The translations under genes were made by a program, and so were the position numbers. A stretch of DNA of 64,000 nt from a virus: the IMG/VR virus record IMGVR_UViG_3300010885_080919, positions 34,321-98,320 of that record; one strand, given 5' to 3'. Shown piece by piece: positions 1-10,846 of the stretch. Position 1 is the stretch's first letter; each line of letters starts with the position of its first letter. The notes below the pieces were generated by a model. It was not told where the DNA came from. It ran no database searches and worked only from the letters and a program-made list of their open reading frames with translations.

Positions 1-580
1 AAAAAGCAACTAGATAAGACTCATTTCTTAAATTTATATTTTTATTTTTTATTGCAAATTTTTCTAAATAGTCCCAATAATTGAAAAATATTTCTTTTTG
101 AATTTCATCTTTAAATTTAAAAAAATAAAACCATTCGTATGGCATGTAAAGGTTCAATAAATTTTTTTCTGAAAACTTTGTTATATTTTTGAAAAAATTT
201 ATATTGTACATTAATTTTTTTTTATCAATAAAATTATCTAATATTTTTGGAACTTTGTAACCGTATGCTGAAAATATATATGGAGAATAAATTCCTTCTT
301 CTGCTATTTTTAATTTTTCACAACACTCTAAAAAATCTTTTTTATTAACACAGGTCACATCTGAATCAATACAGAGAGTTCCTTCGGGATCATATGAGCT
401 TCTTATAATAAATCTCTTACAATTGGTATTGAATACATCTTGTTCTTTTTGGTTTTTATAAAATAAAATTGCATTTTTTGGAAGACTTTTGTGGATCTCT
501 ATAGGAACGGGCAAGCTTTTGGCAAGATTCAAAGCTCTTTTTTGAGATTTATTTCCTATTGCTAAAGTACAAATATTCAT
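1..580 (-). CDS. Putative glycosyltransferase-like protein (DxD), 3' end outside window
   Basis: Manual translation from ATG at 580: MNICTLAIG...LCIDSDVTC; frame appears open to window edge. Confidence 0.5.
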   Translation of the reverse strand, partial: MNICTLAIGNKSQKRALNLAKSLPVPIEIHKSLPKNAILFYKNQKEQDVFNTNCKRFIIRSSYDPEGTLCIDSDVTCVNKKDFLECCEKLKIAEEGIYSPYIFSAYGYKVPKILDNFIDKKKLMYNINFFKNITKFSEKNLLNLYMPYEWFYFFKFKDEIQKEIFFNYWDYLEKFAIKNKNINLRNESYLVAF

Positions 581-757
581 TATTGTATATATTATTTTGC
601 TTGATAATTCAGTAGAATCTATAAATAAATTACAATATTGATATTATTTCTTTAAAAGATATCTTTCATCATTTGGGTTAGATTCCTATAAAACACAAAA
701 TTTAAAGCCTAATTACTTTTAAGTTTGATAAAATTTATATTATTGCTATATTATTTC

Positions 758-1579
758 ATGAAACTTTGCATGAGTACAATGTGTATAGACAACGCTTCGA
801 TTGAAGATAAAATAAAATCAATCGCACAGGCAGGATTTGACTCTATTGAAATTTGGATCAAAGATTTAAAAAATATACCAGAAATAAAGAGAATCATAAA
901 AGGCGAAGGCATTAGAGTGGCAGAGACAGTCAAGATTGAAGGGTGGTTCGAGCTTGATGGCTCTCTTATGGGGGTTAAAGATGATTGGAGCTCTATATTT
1001 GATGAATGTAAAAAAAGAATTGATATTACCAAAGAATTATCATCTAAATACATAGTCGCTTTACCCAGTAGAAGTGACAGAGGCAGATTTTCTTCTATGA
1101 GTGATGGTGTAGAAAGATATATTAAAATATTAGAATATGGAAAGACAATAGGCGTTTGTCCGACTTTAGAATTTATTGGTCAATCAAAACAAATAAATAA
1201 TATTGATTCTGCTTTAAATTTTCTAAATTTAGTTAATGATTCTTATTGCAAGTTGATTGTAGATGTTTTTCATATCTGGAGAAGCGGCGATGAGATTGGA
1301 TATTCCAAAAAAATTCCAATAGAGTCCATCAGTTTGCTTCATCTACACGACGTAACATCTACCTATCAACGTTCAGAATATAAAGATAGACATAGGGTTA
1401 TGCCGGGAGATGGTATTTTAAATTTGAAAGAATTTATAGAAATATTCGAAAAAAAAGGTTTTACAGGAGACGTTTCTTTAGGTGTTTATAATCATGATAA
1501 TTGGGTAAAAGATTCTTACGAAGTTGCAAAAGAAGGATTTTTTAAAATGAAAAAAATAATGACAATGGGGTCTTTGTGA
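758..1579 (+). CDS. Sugar phosphate isomerase/epimerase (xylose isomerase-like TIM barrel)
   Basis: AGFDSIEIW, LEF, DVFH, LHLHD, R.MPGDG motifs. Confidence 0.85.
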   Translation: MKLCMSTMCIDNASIEDKIKSIAQAGFDSIEIWIKDLKNIPEIKRIIKGEGIRVAETVKIEGWFELDGSLMGVKDDWSSIFDECKKRIDITKELSSKYIVALPSRSDRGRFSSMSDGVERYIKILEYGKTIGVCPTLEFIGQSKQINNIDSALNFLNLVNDSYCKLIVDVFHIWRSGDEIGYSKKIPIESISLLHLHDVTSTYQRSEYKDRHRVMPGDGILNLKEFIEIFEKKGFTGDVSLGVYNHDNWVKDSYEVAKEGFFKMKKIMTMGSL

Positions 1580-2160
1580 TGAAAAGTGCTTGTGTGATAG
1601 GATCCAACGGCAAGCTGGGAACAGCGATTTGCAATGTGTTGAGTGATTTTGATTTAAAAATAATAAAACATTATGGCAAATCTGATGTAGATTTTACTAG
1701 TGAAGCTGAGGTAATTGAGTTTTCAAAGAATATAAATAATCTAGATTATTTATATTGCACTATGGGCAAAAAAATAGAAGGTTCTTCATTCGATGACATT
1801 GAAGTTTTTAAGAAAATAATTGAAATAAATCTATTTTCTGTATTTCTTTGTTGTAAATACTTAATTCCTAAAATGAACTCTGATTCTAGTGTTGTACTGG
1901 TTGGAAGTTCTGATGGTTGTTTTGGCAATAAATCTACTATGTACTCAACAGCTAAATCTGCTCTTCATACTTATTCTAAGTGTTTGTCTAAAGAGTTAAA
2001 AGAAAAGAAAATTAATGTAAACTGTATAGCTCTCGGCACGCTGTTTGACAAAGAAATAATAGATAGTAGTGCAAAATCAATAGTTAATATTTGCATGTCA
2101 AGTCATATAAATGGACAAATTATAAGAGTAGACGGAGGCAATCATACTTTTCCATGTTAG
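1576..2160 (+). CDS. Short-chain dehydrogenase/reductase
   Basis: GSNGKLG Rossmann motif, YSTAK catalytic motif, INVNCIA, GQIIRVDGG. Confidence 0.85.
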   Translation: MMKSACVIGSNGKLGTAICNVLSDFDLKIIKHYGKSDVDFTSEAEVIEFSKNINNLDYLYCTMGKKIEGSSFDDIEVFKKIIEINLFSVFLCCKYLIPKMNSDSSVVLVGSSDGCFGNKSTMYSTAKSALHTYSKCLSKELKEKKINVNCIALGTLFDKEIIDSSAKSIVNICMSSHINGQIIRVDGGNHTFPC

Positions 2161-2939
2161 AAAAAAATGGGTTTTTATTAGTTAAAGATTTTTGTACTAA
2201 TGATGTCAAAAATATAAAAAAAGAAATGGAAGTTTCTTTTGAATTAATTTGTAAAAGAAAATATAAAAATATAGACAAGGATATTATTTGTTTATTCAAA
2301 GAAGATAGGTCTAAGTTTTTGGGTTGGGCCAACATGTGTCAGAATTTGTTGTCTGTTCATAGGCTTGCAAATTCAAAAAAAATTGAAAACTTATTGGTTT
2401 CTAATGGTTTAAAAATGCCAGTTTTAAACACTAGGCCTCTTCTTTCTTTGAGTTGCAAAAGTATTGCTGAGCACGAATCATATTGGAAGGTCCCAGATCA
2501 TCAAGATTGGCCTAGCACGAGAGGCAGCCTTAATGGCGTTACAATTTGGCTGCCTTTAATTAGTTTATGCAATAATCTGGGTCCTTTAGAGGTTTTAAAA
2601 CATAGTCATTTAGACGGATTGTTGAACCACGATAATGATGGCTTGGTACCTGTAATTAGTAGCGAAATATCGTCTGATTTTATATCGAAAAAAATGAAAA
2701 TTGGAGATATTTTGATTTTTAATTATTTTACAGTGCATAGATCTGGTACTAATTTATATGCTGATAGAATAAGATGGTCTTTGCATTTTAGATACGATGA
2801 TGCAAAAGAAAAAACTTTTATAGAAAGAAAATATCCTAGATATAAAAAAGATATAAGATTAGATGAAAAATTAGATTATTCTTTTCCTACTAAAGAACAA
2901 ATAAAAAATGCTATTTTTACTAAAACAAAAACGTCCTAA
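2154..2939 (+). CDS. PhyH-like 2OG-Fe(II) dioxygenase
   Basis: HQD...TIWLPL...GPLEVL..SH...GDILIF...VHRS..N...R. Confidence 0.85.
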   Translation: MLEKNGFLLVKDFCTNDVKNIKKEMEVSFELICKRKYKNIDKDIICLFKEDRSKFLGWANMCQNLLSVHRLANSKKIENLLVSNGLKMPVLNTRPLLSLSCKSIAEHESYWKVPDHQDWPSTRGSLNGVTIWLPLISLCNNLGPLEVLKHSHLDGLLNHDNDGLVPVISSEISSDFISKKMKIGDILIFNYFTVHRSGTNLYADRIRWSLHFRYDDAKEKTFIERKYPRYKKDIRLDEKLDYSFPTKEQIKNAIFTKTKTS

Positions 2940-3714
2940 TATAGACTTTTTTATAAAAAAAATAAAGAATAATGAGTATTTTTATTACTGTAAATTAAAT
3001 CATGCTTTTTTTGAAGCTACTTGTTTGGGTTACGAAATTCCAAAACAAAGATTTGAAACCTTGCATTCTAATATTCTTTCTCAAATAATTGATATAATTA
3101 AAAATTTTCCTAAAGATAATAATTTTTTATTTGCTTTTTCTGCAAAACCTTATGAGGGGTTCAAACCGCCATCAGATAAAAAAGTTATAGAATTTTTGTA
3201 TTCTATTTTACCTAGACACAAATTTTTAGTTTATGATTCTTTGCTTTTTAAAAAATATTGTATTAGTGGCGAGATTGTGAAGTTGTTCGATATAATTAAT
3301 TTAAAAAAAATGAAAGTTATTTTGTATGGATTGGATCATTTAAAAAATGTCAATAAAAATATTAATTTTTTAAATTTTGAGTTTAGAAAAATTAATATTG
3401 ATGTCACCAAACAAAAAGAAGCTTTGATTTATGACATAATATCAAAACATGAAAGCAATTCTATTTATTTTTTTCAACTTGGAGAGGCTTTATCAACTTG
3501 GGTCATTTATAATATTTACAACAATATCAAAGATTCGTATTTTATAGATCTGGGCAGATCTATAGATTATTTTGTTGATCTTAAAGAAATGAAATTTTCT
3601 AAAGAAGATCAAGATATATATCTTGATCTTTCTCAAAATACTTTAAATTTAAATGATCATTTTTCTAATTGTTTTTCAAATAAAAATTGGATGATAAAAT
3701 GGAATAAAAATTAA
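2908..3714 (+). CDS. Hypothetical protein, possibly GT-D-like glycosyltransferase
   Basis: C-terminal FIDLGRSID motif; cluster context. Confidence 0.4.
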   Translation: MLFLLKQKRPNIDFFIKKIKNNEYFYYCKLNHAFFEATCLGYEIPKQRFETLHSNILSQIIDIIKNFPKDNNFLFAFSAKPYEGFKPPSDKKVIEFLYSILPRHKFLVYDSLLFKKYCISGEIVKLFDIINLKKMKVILYGLDHLKNVNKNINFLNFEFRKINIDVTKQKEALIYDIISKHESNSIYFFQLGEALSTWVIYNIYNNIKDSYFIDLGRSIDYFVDLKEMKFSKEDQDIYLDLSQNTLNLNDHFSNCFSNKNWMIKWNKN

Positions 3715-3753
3715 TTTTTTTGTGATACAATTATATATTGGAAAATTATAAAA

Positions 3754-5388
3754 ATGAAAATTATCTCTTTGCACATTTATCACGATATGTCTTTTTGCAT
3801 TTACGATTCTGATAAATGTTTTTTTAGATATTTTAAAGCAGAAAGAATATTAAATCAAAAGCATTTCGGTCTAGGAATGCAAGGCAATATCCATATTGAT
3901 TCAAAAAACACTTTGAATCAATGTTATGTTGAAATTTTTAAAAATATAATCAAAGAATCAGGATTTTCAAATCCTGATGTTGTTGTTATCATTGATAATG
4001 ATTATTGGTTTAGGTCGAATAATTATTCGAACAACAATTATGAGTATGTTGTTAATTTTGATAAAAAATCTAAAAAATATTCAATTTTACATTTTTTAGA
4101 TTCTTTGGGTATAAAAACTAATAATTTGTTTTTTATTGGTCATCATTATTCCCACATATTAAGTGGTTTCCCTATTTTGGATTATAAAAAATGTTCTTAT
4201 GGGGTTTGTATTGATGGACAAGGTAACAATCTTACTGTGTCTTTTTTTGAAGATCCATTTGGTGATATTAGTCAAAACAAAAGATATTATACTTTAGAAA
4301 ATGAAAATATATCTTCTATAGGACATTCTTTTAATTTGTTTGGTAAAAAGATGAAGTTGTCTGGATATTGTTTAGATTTTTCTGGCAAAGTCATGGGAGC
4401 ACAAAGTTACGGCAAAATAGATTTAGATTACATCAAGGGTCTGGATATAGATTTTATTTCTAAAAATTTTTATAATTACACCACAGATATTTTAAAAAAA
4501 TATTCTGATGTTTTTTTTAATTTTGAAAATTCAGAATTCAAAGATTTATTAAGTACTTGGCACAAAATTGCTGAGCTTTGTGTTCTGAATTTGTTTGAAA
4601 AGAACATAAAAGAAAAAAATTCTCATATCATTTATTCAGGAGGAGTTGTTCAAAATACGGTCATTAATGAATCTTTATCTAAAATTTATCCTAATTTATA
4701 TTTTACTCCACATGGTTATGATGGTGGTTTGTCTTTGGGAGGATTGTATGCGATTTGCAATTACGAGAAAATTAAAATACCAGAAATAAATAATTTTCCT
4801 TACTTACAAAGTGACGAAGTAAAAGAAACCCCAACAGAAAAAACAATAAAATACGCTGCTAAACTTCTTGCTGACGGGAAAATAGTTGGTTGGCACCAAG
4901 GAGCAGGAGAAATAGGCCCAAGATCTTTAGGAAATAGATCTATATTAATGGATCCTGGAATTTTTAATGCAAAAGAAATACTTAATAATAAGATTAAAAA
5001 GAGAGAAAGTTGGAGGCCATATGCAGCGAGTGTTTTGCTAGATTATGCTCATGATTGGTTTGATTTCGAAGGTGATTCTCCATATATGATGAGAGCAATT
5101 AAAGCAATAAAAGAAAAAAAATCAATAATAAAATCTGTTGTGCACGAAGATGACACATGTAGAATTCAAACAGTTTCTAAATATTCAAATTTATTATTTT
5201 ATAAATTGATTTATGAATTTTACAATTTAAGAGGAATACCTATGTTGCTCAACACTTCTCTAAACATAGCGGGAAAACCCATCTCAGGAGATCCTGCAAC
5301 AAGCAAACTATTGTACAACTCTAGTGAAATGGATTGTTTGATTGTAGGAAACAAAATATACAATAAACAAAAAAAAACTTATCTATAA
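3754..5388 (+). CDS. Carbamoyltransferase (NodU/CmcH family)
   Basis: HD, ER..K H, HHYSH, DGQG, GKVMG, GGVVQN, EIGPRSLGNRS, KKRESWRPYA, RIQTV, LLNTSLN. Confidence 0.92.
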   Translation: MKIISLHIYHDMSFCIYDSDKCFFRYFKAERILNQKHFGLGMQGNIHIDSKNTLNQCYVEIFKNIIKESGFSNPDVVVIIDNDYWFRSNNYSNNNYEYVVNFDKKSKKYSILHFLDSLGIKTNNLFFIGHHYSHILSGFPILDYKKCSYGVCIDGQGNNLTVSFFEDPFGDISQNKRYYTLENENISSIGHSFNLFGKKMKLSGYCLDFSGKVMGAQSYGKIDLDYIKGLDIDFISKNFYNYTTDILKKYSDVFFNFENSEFKDLLSTWHKIAELCVLNLFEKNIKEKNSHIIYSGGVVQNTVINESLSKIYPNLYFTPHGYDGGLSLGGLYAICNYEKIKIPEINNFPYLQSDEVKETPTEKTIKYAAKLLADGKIVGWHQGAGEIGPRSLGNRSILMDPGIFNAKEILNNKIKKRESWRPYAASVLLDYAHDWFDFEGDSPYMMRAIKAIKEKKSIIKSVVHEDDTCRIQTVSKYSNLLFYKLIYEFYNLRGIPMLLNTSLNIAGKPISGDPATSKLLYNSSEMDCLIVGNKIYNKQKKTYL

Positions 5389-5396
5389 GGCTTGAA

Positions 5397-6002
5397 ATGA
5401 TTCCCAAAATAATTCATCAAATTTGGATTGGTCCCAAAAAAATTCCTCAAAAATGGATGGATAGTTGGAAATATAAAAATCCTAATATGGTTATTAATAT
5501 TTGGAATGAAAATTCAATTAATAAGTTTGGATTGATTAATATAAAAAAGTATGATTTTTTTATGAGTAAATCAATATACGACGGAGCGGCAGACATTGTT
5601 AGGGTTGAAATTTTAGAACGCTATGGAGGCGTTTATCTAGATGCTGATTTAATTTGTTTGTTGCCTATAGAAGATGAATTTTTTATGAATAAAAAATTTT
5701 TTGCTAATTATGAATATGATAAAAGAATTGCAAATGGAATTATAGGAGCAACGCCAAATCACCCAATTATGACAGAATATCTTAAAAGAATGACAGAAAC
5801 TAGAGTTACTCAGCCGCCTTGTTACACTATTGGTGGCACTATGTTGACTAGTTGTGTGGATATTTATCTTGCTAAAAATATAGATCTAGAAATAGAGATT
5901 TTACCAAGTTTCTCTTTTCTTCCAAATTGGAATGAAAGAGAAAATATAAGAGGAAAAATATTTGCCAGACATATGTGGGGCACTGCTAAAAAAATTTACT
6001 AA
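5397..6002 (+). CDS. Glycosyltransferase family 32 (DxD, OCH1-like)
   Basis: IPKIIHQIWIG, ADIVR.EIL..YGGVYLDAD. Confidence 0.9.
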   Translation: MIPKIIHQIWIGPKKIPQKWMDSWKYKNPNMVINIWNENSINKFGLINIKKYDFFMSKSIYDGAADIVRVEILERYGGVYLDADLICLLPIEDEFFMNKKFFANYEYDKRIANGIIGATPNHPIMTEYLKRMTETRVTQPPCYTIGGTMLTSCVDIYLAKNIDLEIEILPSFSFLPNWNERENIRGKIFARHMWGTAKKIY

Positions 6003-6023
6003 TTGTTTTACTACTTTAATTTC

Positions 6024-6731
6024 ATGACAAATAAAATGAATAAAGAATATTTTTTAAAAAATGATTTTTTAGTTTTAGAAAATTTTTTAGAAAAAGAAAC
6101 TTTGCAATCTGCGTGTAGTATAAAAAAAATAAATAAATGGTACGATCCCAATAAAAAGTTTTTAGATAGACAAAACAATAATAGTGATAAAAATCAATAC
6201 GAATCTCATGAAAATTATTCAACAAATTTTGTACCAACTTTCAATAGATTTGTTGCTGATATAAATGAGTTAAATTTTCATTTAAAAGAAATATTAGATG
6301 TATTTAGATCTACCGTTTTTTTAGATAATCTTAAGTTTGTTACTGGGTTAGATGATCTTTTTTTTGATGAGTCTTTACGTGGAGGTGGATTGCAAAAAAG
6401 CAAAAATGGAGCTTTTTTAAGATTGCATTTAGATAATAATTGGAATCCTAAAATTGAATGCTACCCTATAATTAATGTTATTTTATTTCTAAGTGATTGG
6501 TGTGAAAATTATGGAGGAGAATTAGAACTTTGGAATAAAAATCAAAAAATTAAATCGATACCACCAAAATTGAATACACTTGTTGTGAGAAAAAATTCAC
6601 CAGAATCATATCATGGATTTCCTCATCCCTTAAAATGCCCAGAAGAATATAGTAGGTTGGCTCTAGTATTTTTTTATTATACAAAACAAATAGAACCTGA
6701 TCAAAAAAGATCTAGTGCTCTATGGTTATAG
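6024..6731 (+). CDS. 2OG-Fe(II) oxygenase (prolyl hydroxylase-like)
   Basis: GGGL, LHLD, YGGELELW, SYHG, R.AL..FYY. Confidence 0.85.
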   Translation: MTNKMNKEYFLKNDFLVLENFLEKETLQSACSIKKINKWYDPNKKFLDRQNNNSDKNQYESHENYSTNFVPTFNRFVADINELNFHLKEILDVFRSTVFLDNLKFVTGLDDLFFDESLRGGGLQKSKNGAFLRLHLDNNWNPKIECYPIINVILFLSDWCENYGGELELWNKNQKIKSIPPKLNTLVVRKNSPESYHGFPHPLKCPEEYSRLALVFFYYTKQIEPDQKRSSALWL

Positions 6732-7424
6732 CATTTTTAAAGAATTAATTAAATACTTTCTTTTTTCCGTACAGTAATGAATGCTTTGAATTTTATTTCT
6801 ATTGCATTTTGAATTGTAGCTATAATTAACTTCTTTGTCTAATTTTATTTTTATATTTTTTTCTTTAACAAATTTGCTTATTGCGTATTCATCATTGTTT
6901 AAATATAAAGATGAATTTGTAAAATTGTTATAATGTAAATTTATTATTTTTTCTTTTATTGAATTTTCTGGAGTTTTTATCCACATTACTCCGGTATTAT
7001 AATGTTCATAATCAAATTCAATCGATGGTGGGGGTGAATATTTTTTGTATAGTCTAAAGGGGCCTTCACATTCTATTTGTTCTTCTGTGAATTTTTTTAG
7101 AATCCAAACATCTAGATCTAAATACATAAAAGGCTCATTTATTATGTCGAATATTTCAAATTTTGCAAGATTATTTAAAAGTAAATCTTTTTTGTAGTGC
7201 CATATAAATTTTGATTTGATTTTGTTTTTTGCATTTGATATAATGTGTATATTAGAATTTGGATACAAAGACCTAATGCTAGATGTTGTTATTTTAAAAT
7301 ATTTTTCAACATAATCGAATCTGTTCACATCCAAATTTTTGTACAATAGCTCGGCTAGTCTATCAACCGAGTCCCTAGTTTTTTTAAAATATATTAATAC
7401 GAAGTTTTTTATTATTGCGTTCAT
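6726..7424 (-). CDS. Putative GT-A glycosyltransferase-like protein
   Basis: YLDLDV DxD, YNTGVM, DE, IHY motifs. Confidence 0.6.
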   Translation of the reverse strand: MNAIIKNFVLIYFKKTRDSVDRLAELLYKNLDVNRFDYVEKYFKITTSSIRSLYPNSNIHIISNAKNKIKSKFIWHYKKDLLLNNLAKFEIFDIINEPFMYLDLDVWILKKFTEEQIECEGPFRLYKKYSPPPSIEFDYEHYNTGVMWIKTPENSIKEKIINLHYNNFTNSSLYLNNDEYAISKFVKEKNIKIKLDKEVNYSYNSKCNRNKIQSIHYCTEKRKYLINSLKML

Positions 7425-7436
7425 TTTTATATTTCT

Positions 7437-7859
7437 ATGAAAAATCAATCACTGGTTATTTATCATTCATCTAGATATAAAAGCAATACTTTTAAGGTGG
7501 TGAAAAAAATTTCTATTTTATTGGATTTAAAAAATAAAAATATTGAATTTTTTGATTTTCAAAAATATGATATTTTTATTTTTGTTTGTGCTACTTGTGG
7601 AGATGAGGAAGTTTCATTTTTTATGGAGAACTTTTTAAGAAATTTTAGTATTTTAAATAAAAAATACTGTATATGCGAATTAGGAAATTATTTTGGTACA
7701 AAAGAAAAAGAATTTGGAGCTGCAAAAATAATAGAAAATAAATTAAATTTTTTAAAATGGGAAAAAATATACGACACACTTTCATTGGATACGGTTCCAA
7801 AAATTCGCTGGAAAGAACTAGAAAAATGGGTTTTAAATGGACAAATACATTTTAAATAA
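7437..7859 (+). CDS. Flavodoxin-like protein
   Basis: IYHSS...NT, YD.FIF...TCGD, LGN.FG...FG.A. Confidence 0.6.
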   Translation: MKNQSLVIYHSSRYKSNTFKVVKKISILLDLKNKNIEFFDFQKYDIFIFVCATCGDEEVSFFMENFLRNFSILNKKYCICELGNYFGTKEKEFGAAKIIENKLNFLKWEKIYDTLSLDTVPKIRWKELEKWVLNGQIHFK

Positions 7860-8688
7860 AATTAAAAAATTAACCTCTTTTAAATATAAAATTGATAATG
7901 GAAAATGTATTTATTTAGACTTTACAGATTCCGAAAACGTTTATTGCGGGTTATTTCGCCATTCAACAAAGAAGAAAGAAATTTTAGATCTTATCAATAG
8001 GCTTAAAAATCTAAAGTATTTAAATCTTAGAAAAAACAATATACAGCAAATTCCACAGTTGGATTTGCCTTTTTTGGAGCACTTGGATTTAGGTTCCAAT
8101 TATATAGCAAAGATTCCTGACTGGCTAATAAGCTGTAATCTTACTTATCTAAATTTAGGAGTAAATAATTTAGAAAAAATTCCAGAATGGTTTTCTGATA
8201 AAAAATTTGAAGTTTTAAAAATTCATAAAAATAATATTTTACATATCCCACTAATAAAAAATGGTATAAAACATTTAAATCTTTATCAAAACAAAATAAG
8301 ATCTATACCGAGTTTTATTTGGGATATTAGTTCGATGGAATACTTTTGTTGTGGGATGACTGATATAAGAGAAATTCCTAATCAAATTTCAAATTTAAAA
8401 AATTTAAAATGGTTGTCTTTAGTTGTTAATAAAATAGAAAAAATACCTAACGAGTTTTGTTGTTTAGAAAAATTAATTGGTGTTAGATTGTCTAAAAATA
8501 AAATTAGTTCTCTTCCTGATGATATTGGTAATTTGCAAAATTTAAGACAATTTGTATTGTACGACAATCGAATTAAAAAAATTCCTGATAGTTTTTACAA
8601 TTTGAATTTAGAATTTTTAAATATAAGCTATAATCCTTTGAATAAAATTGATAAATTAAAATTAACTCAAAAATATAGCTTTATTTAA
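7837..8688 (+). CDS. Leucine-rich repeat protein
   Basis: Repeated LxxLxLxxNxIxxIP units. Confidence 0.9.
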   Translation: MDKYILNKIKKLTSFKYKIDNGKCIYLDFTDSENVYCGLFRHSTKKKEILDLINRLKNLKYLNLRKNNIQQIPQLDLPFLEHLDLGSNYIAKIPDWLISCNLTYLNLGVNNLEKIPEWFSDKKFEVLKIHKNNILHIPLIKNGIKHLNLYQNKIRSIPSFIWDISSMEYFCCGMTDIREIPNQISNLKNLKWLSLVVNKIEKIPNEFCCLEKLIGVRLSKNKISSLPDDIGNLQNLRQFVLYDNRIKKIPDSFYNLNLEFLNISYNPLNKIDKLKLTQKYSFI

Positions 8689-8724
8689 TTTCTGCGTGTT
8701 GAACATTTTTATAGGGTATAATTT

Positions 8725-9357
8725 ATGAAAATAATTATTTTTGGAACAAACGAGATTTCTTTGATGGCAAAATTTTATTTTGAAAAAGATAGCAATTTTG
8801 AAGTTTTTGGGTTTTGTGTAGATTCAGATTTTATAAAAGAATCTAGTTTAGAAAACAAGCCTGTTTTGAGTTTTGATGGAATAGAAAATGATTTTCCTTC
8901 GAAGGATTATTTGTTTTTTGCACCATTGTATGAAAACAAATTAAGAGAAATAAAAGTAAATCAAATTATTTTAAAAGGATATAATCTCGCCACATATATT
9001 TCTTCTAAATCAACAGTATTTGCTAAAAAAATTGGATTCAATTGTTTTATATTAGAGAATAATGTTATCCAACCTTATGTTGAAATAGGAAACAATAACA
9101 TCTTTTGGAGCGGAAACCATATAGGTCACCATAGTGTTATAAAAAATAATACATTCTTTTCTTCTCACGTAGTCTTGTCAGGCAAGTGTGTAGTGGAAGA
9201 TTATTGTTGGTTTGGCGTAAACAGTTGCGTGAAGGATGGTGTAAAAATTGATGAGGGCTCTTTTATATCCATGGGAGCAGTAGTTATGAAGAAAACAAAA
9301 CCATATAAAAAGTACACAGGAAATCCAGCGAAAGAGTATGGAAATGTTATTTCGTAA
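8725..9357 (+). CDS. Sugar acetyltransferase, NeuD/PglD-like hexapeptide repeat
   Basis: N-terminal IIIFG, hexapeptide repeats, HIGHH, GNPAK. Confidence 0.85.
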   Translation: MKIIIFGTNEISLMAKFYFEKDSNFEVFGFCVDSDFIKESSLENKPVLSFDGIENDFPSKDYLFFAPLYENKLREIKVNQIILKGYNLATYISSKSTVFAKKIGFNCFILENNVIQPYVEIGNNNIFWSGNHIGHHSVIKNNTFFSSHVVLSGKCVVEDYCWFGVNSCVKDGVKIDEGSFISMGAVVMKKTKPYKKYTGNPAKEYGNVIS

Positions 9358-10129
9358 ATTAGGACTTATTTTTGACAAACAGGCACAGCTGCCAACTTTA
9401 GAGGATAGGAATGAAAATATACGAATATACTATTCTTATAGAATAAAAAAACAAAGTCATATTAATTACTTTGAAATATTTAAAAAAAATTTAAAAGTAA
9501 ATTATATAAATAAAAAGCCTGTTCTTTCTCCGGGCTCTTTAGGTTGTTTCGATGATGTTGGGGTGATGCCATCCTGTATAACTGGTGGCAAACTATACTA
9601 CACAGGTTGGAACTTACGAGGGACTGTTCCTTACGGTCAATCAATAGGTTGTGCTTATTTTGATGAAAATAAAAACAAATTTGAAAGAATTTCTAAAGGT
9701 CCAATTTTAGATCGTAGCGAAAATGTACCTTATTTGGCAAATTCTCCTTTTGTTTATAAAAACAAAATGTGGTTCTGCAATGGAACCGGATGGGATGATA
9801 AATTTGCTAAATACAATATATGGGAGGCCCAAAAAATTAAAAACAATTGGGTGATAAAAAAGTATTTGTTTGGCAAAAAAAACGAAGCCTGTTCAAGAGT
9901 TTGTTTTTCAAATATTGGGTTTTTGTTTTCTAGAAAAAATAAAAAAACAAAATATGAAATATTCATTCGAGAAAAAGAAACAGAAAAAATAAAAAAAATA
10001 ATTAGCAAGTCTCAATCTGAAGACTGGGACTCAGAAATGACTTGTTATCCTTATTTTTTTAATAATATGATATTTTATAATGGAAATGGTTATGGTTATT
10101 CTGGAATTGGTGTAGCAACACTAGAGTGA
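9338..10129 (+). CDS. Five-bladed beta-propeller glycoside hydrolase-like protein
   Basis: PVLSPG..G.FDD.GV, LYYTGW, WDSEM.CYP, FYNGNGYG.SG. Confidence 0.7.
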   Translation: MEMLFRKLGLIFDKQAQLPTLEDRNENIRIYYSYRIKKQSHINYFEIFKKNLKVNYINKKPVLSPGSLGCFDDVGVMPSCITGGKLYYTGWNLRGTVPYGQSIGCAYFDENKNKFERISKGPILDRSENVPYLANSPFVYKNKMWFCNGTGWDDKFAKYNIWEAQKIKNNWVIKKYLFGKKNEACSRVCFSNIGFLFSRKNKKTKYEIFIREKETEKIKKIISKSQSEDWDSEMTCYPYFFNNMIFYNGNGYGYSGIGVATLE

Positions 10130-10132
10130 TTT

Positions 10133-10846
10133 TTAAATTTTTATATATTTATATTTTTTTATCATATCAATAAACTCTAACTTTGTCTGGCCTTCAGGAA
10201 TATCTTTTAAATTGATATCTTTTTTTCTTGTTTTCCAAGAATTCATATTTTTATTTAAAAAAAAATCAGAATGCTTTATATCTAATTTTTTTAAAAGATT
10301 ATTGTAAGGATAATTTTCTATTTTTATTGTTATTTTGTTAAGAGAGTTTACTTCAATTAGCTTGTTCCATTCTATTAAATATCTACATGCTTTTTCTATT
10401 TTTGTTTTTTCTTCAAATATAGTAGGAACATTATTTGCAATAAAATTTTCATAATCGCCTAAATGATCAGAAGTGCAATTCGAAAAAAACTCTATATCTA
10501 GCACCCAAGAGCTTAGTGTTTTTAATGGGTTTCTTATCAAATGTATAATCAATATATCTTTAAATATATCGTCTTTTAAAAACGGAGCAGCCATATAGCT
10601 TGATTCCGCAACTATTTTTTTTGGATCAAACCATCCGGTTGTTTCTTCTTCTTTAACATGATTGTAAAGAGAACATTTGCTGGTCTCTATTTCTACATCG
10701 CCTGATAATCTTTTTTTAGCTTCTTCTATTCCCTTATAATCAAATATAGCTTCGTGCCCACAATGGATTCCCAAATGCGTCAAAAATCTGGCCATATATA
10801 CAGTGCCGCATCTTCCTGTTCCTGTTACTAAATATTTTAGCTTCAT
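10133..10846 (-). CDS. Sulfotransferase-like protein
   Basis: TGTGRCGT PAPS-loop-like motif, HE, IHLIRNP...S. Confidence 0.7.
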   Translation of the reverse strand: MKLKYLVTGTGRCGTVYMARFLTHLGIHCGHEAIFDYKGIEEAKKRLSGDVEIETSKCSLYNHVKEEETTGWFDPKKIVAESSYMAAPFLKDDIFKDILIIHLIRNPLKTLSSWVLDIEFFSNCTSDHLGDYENFIANNVPTIFEEKTKIEKACRYLIEWNKLIEVNSLNKITIKIENYPYNNLLKKLDIKHSDFFLNKNMNSWKTRKKDINLKDIPEGQTKLEFIDMIKKYKYIKI

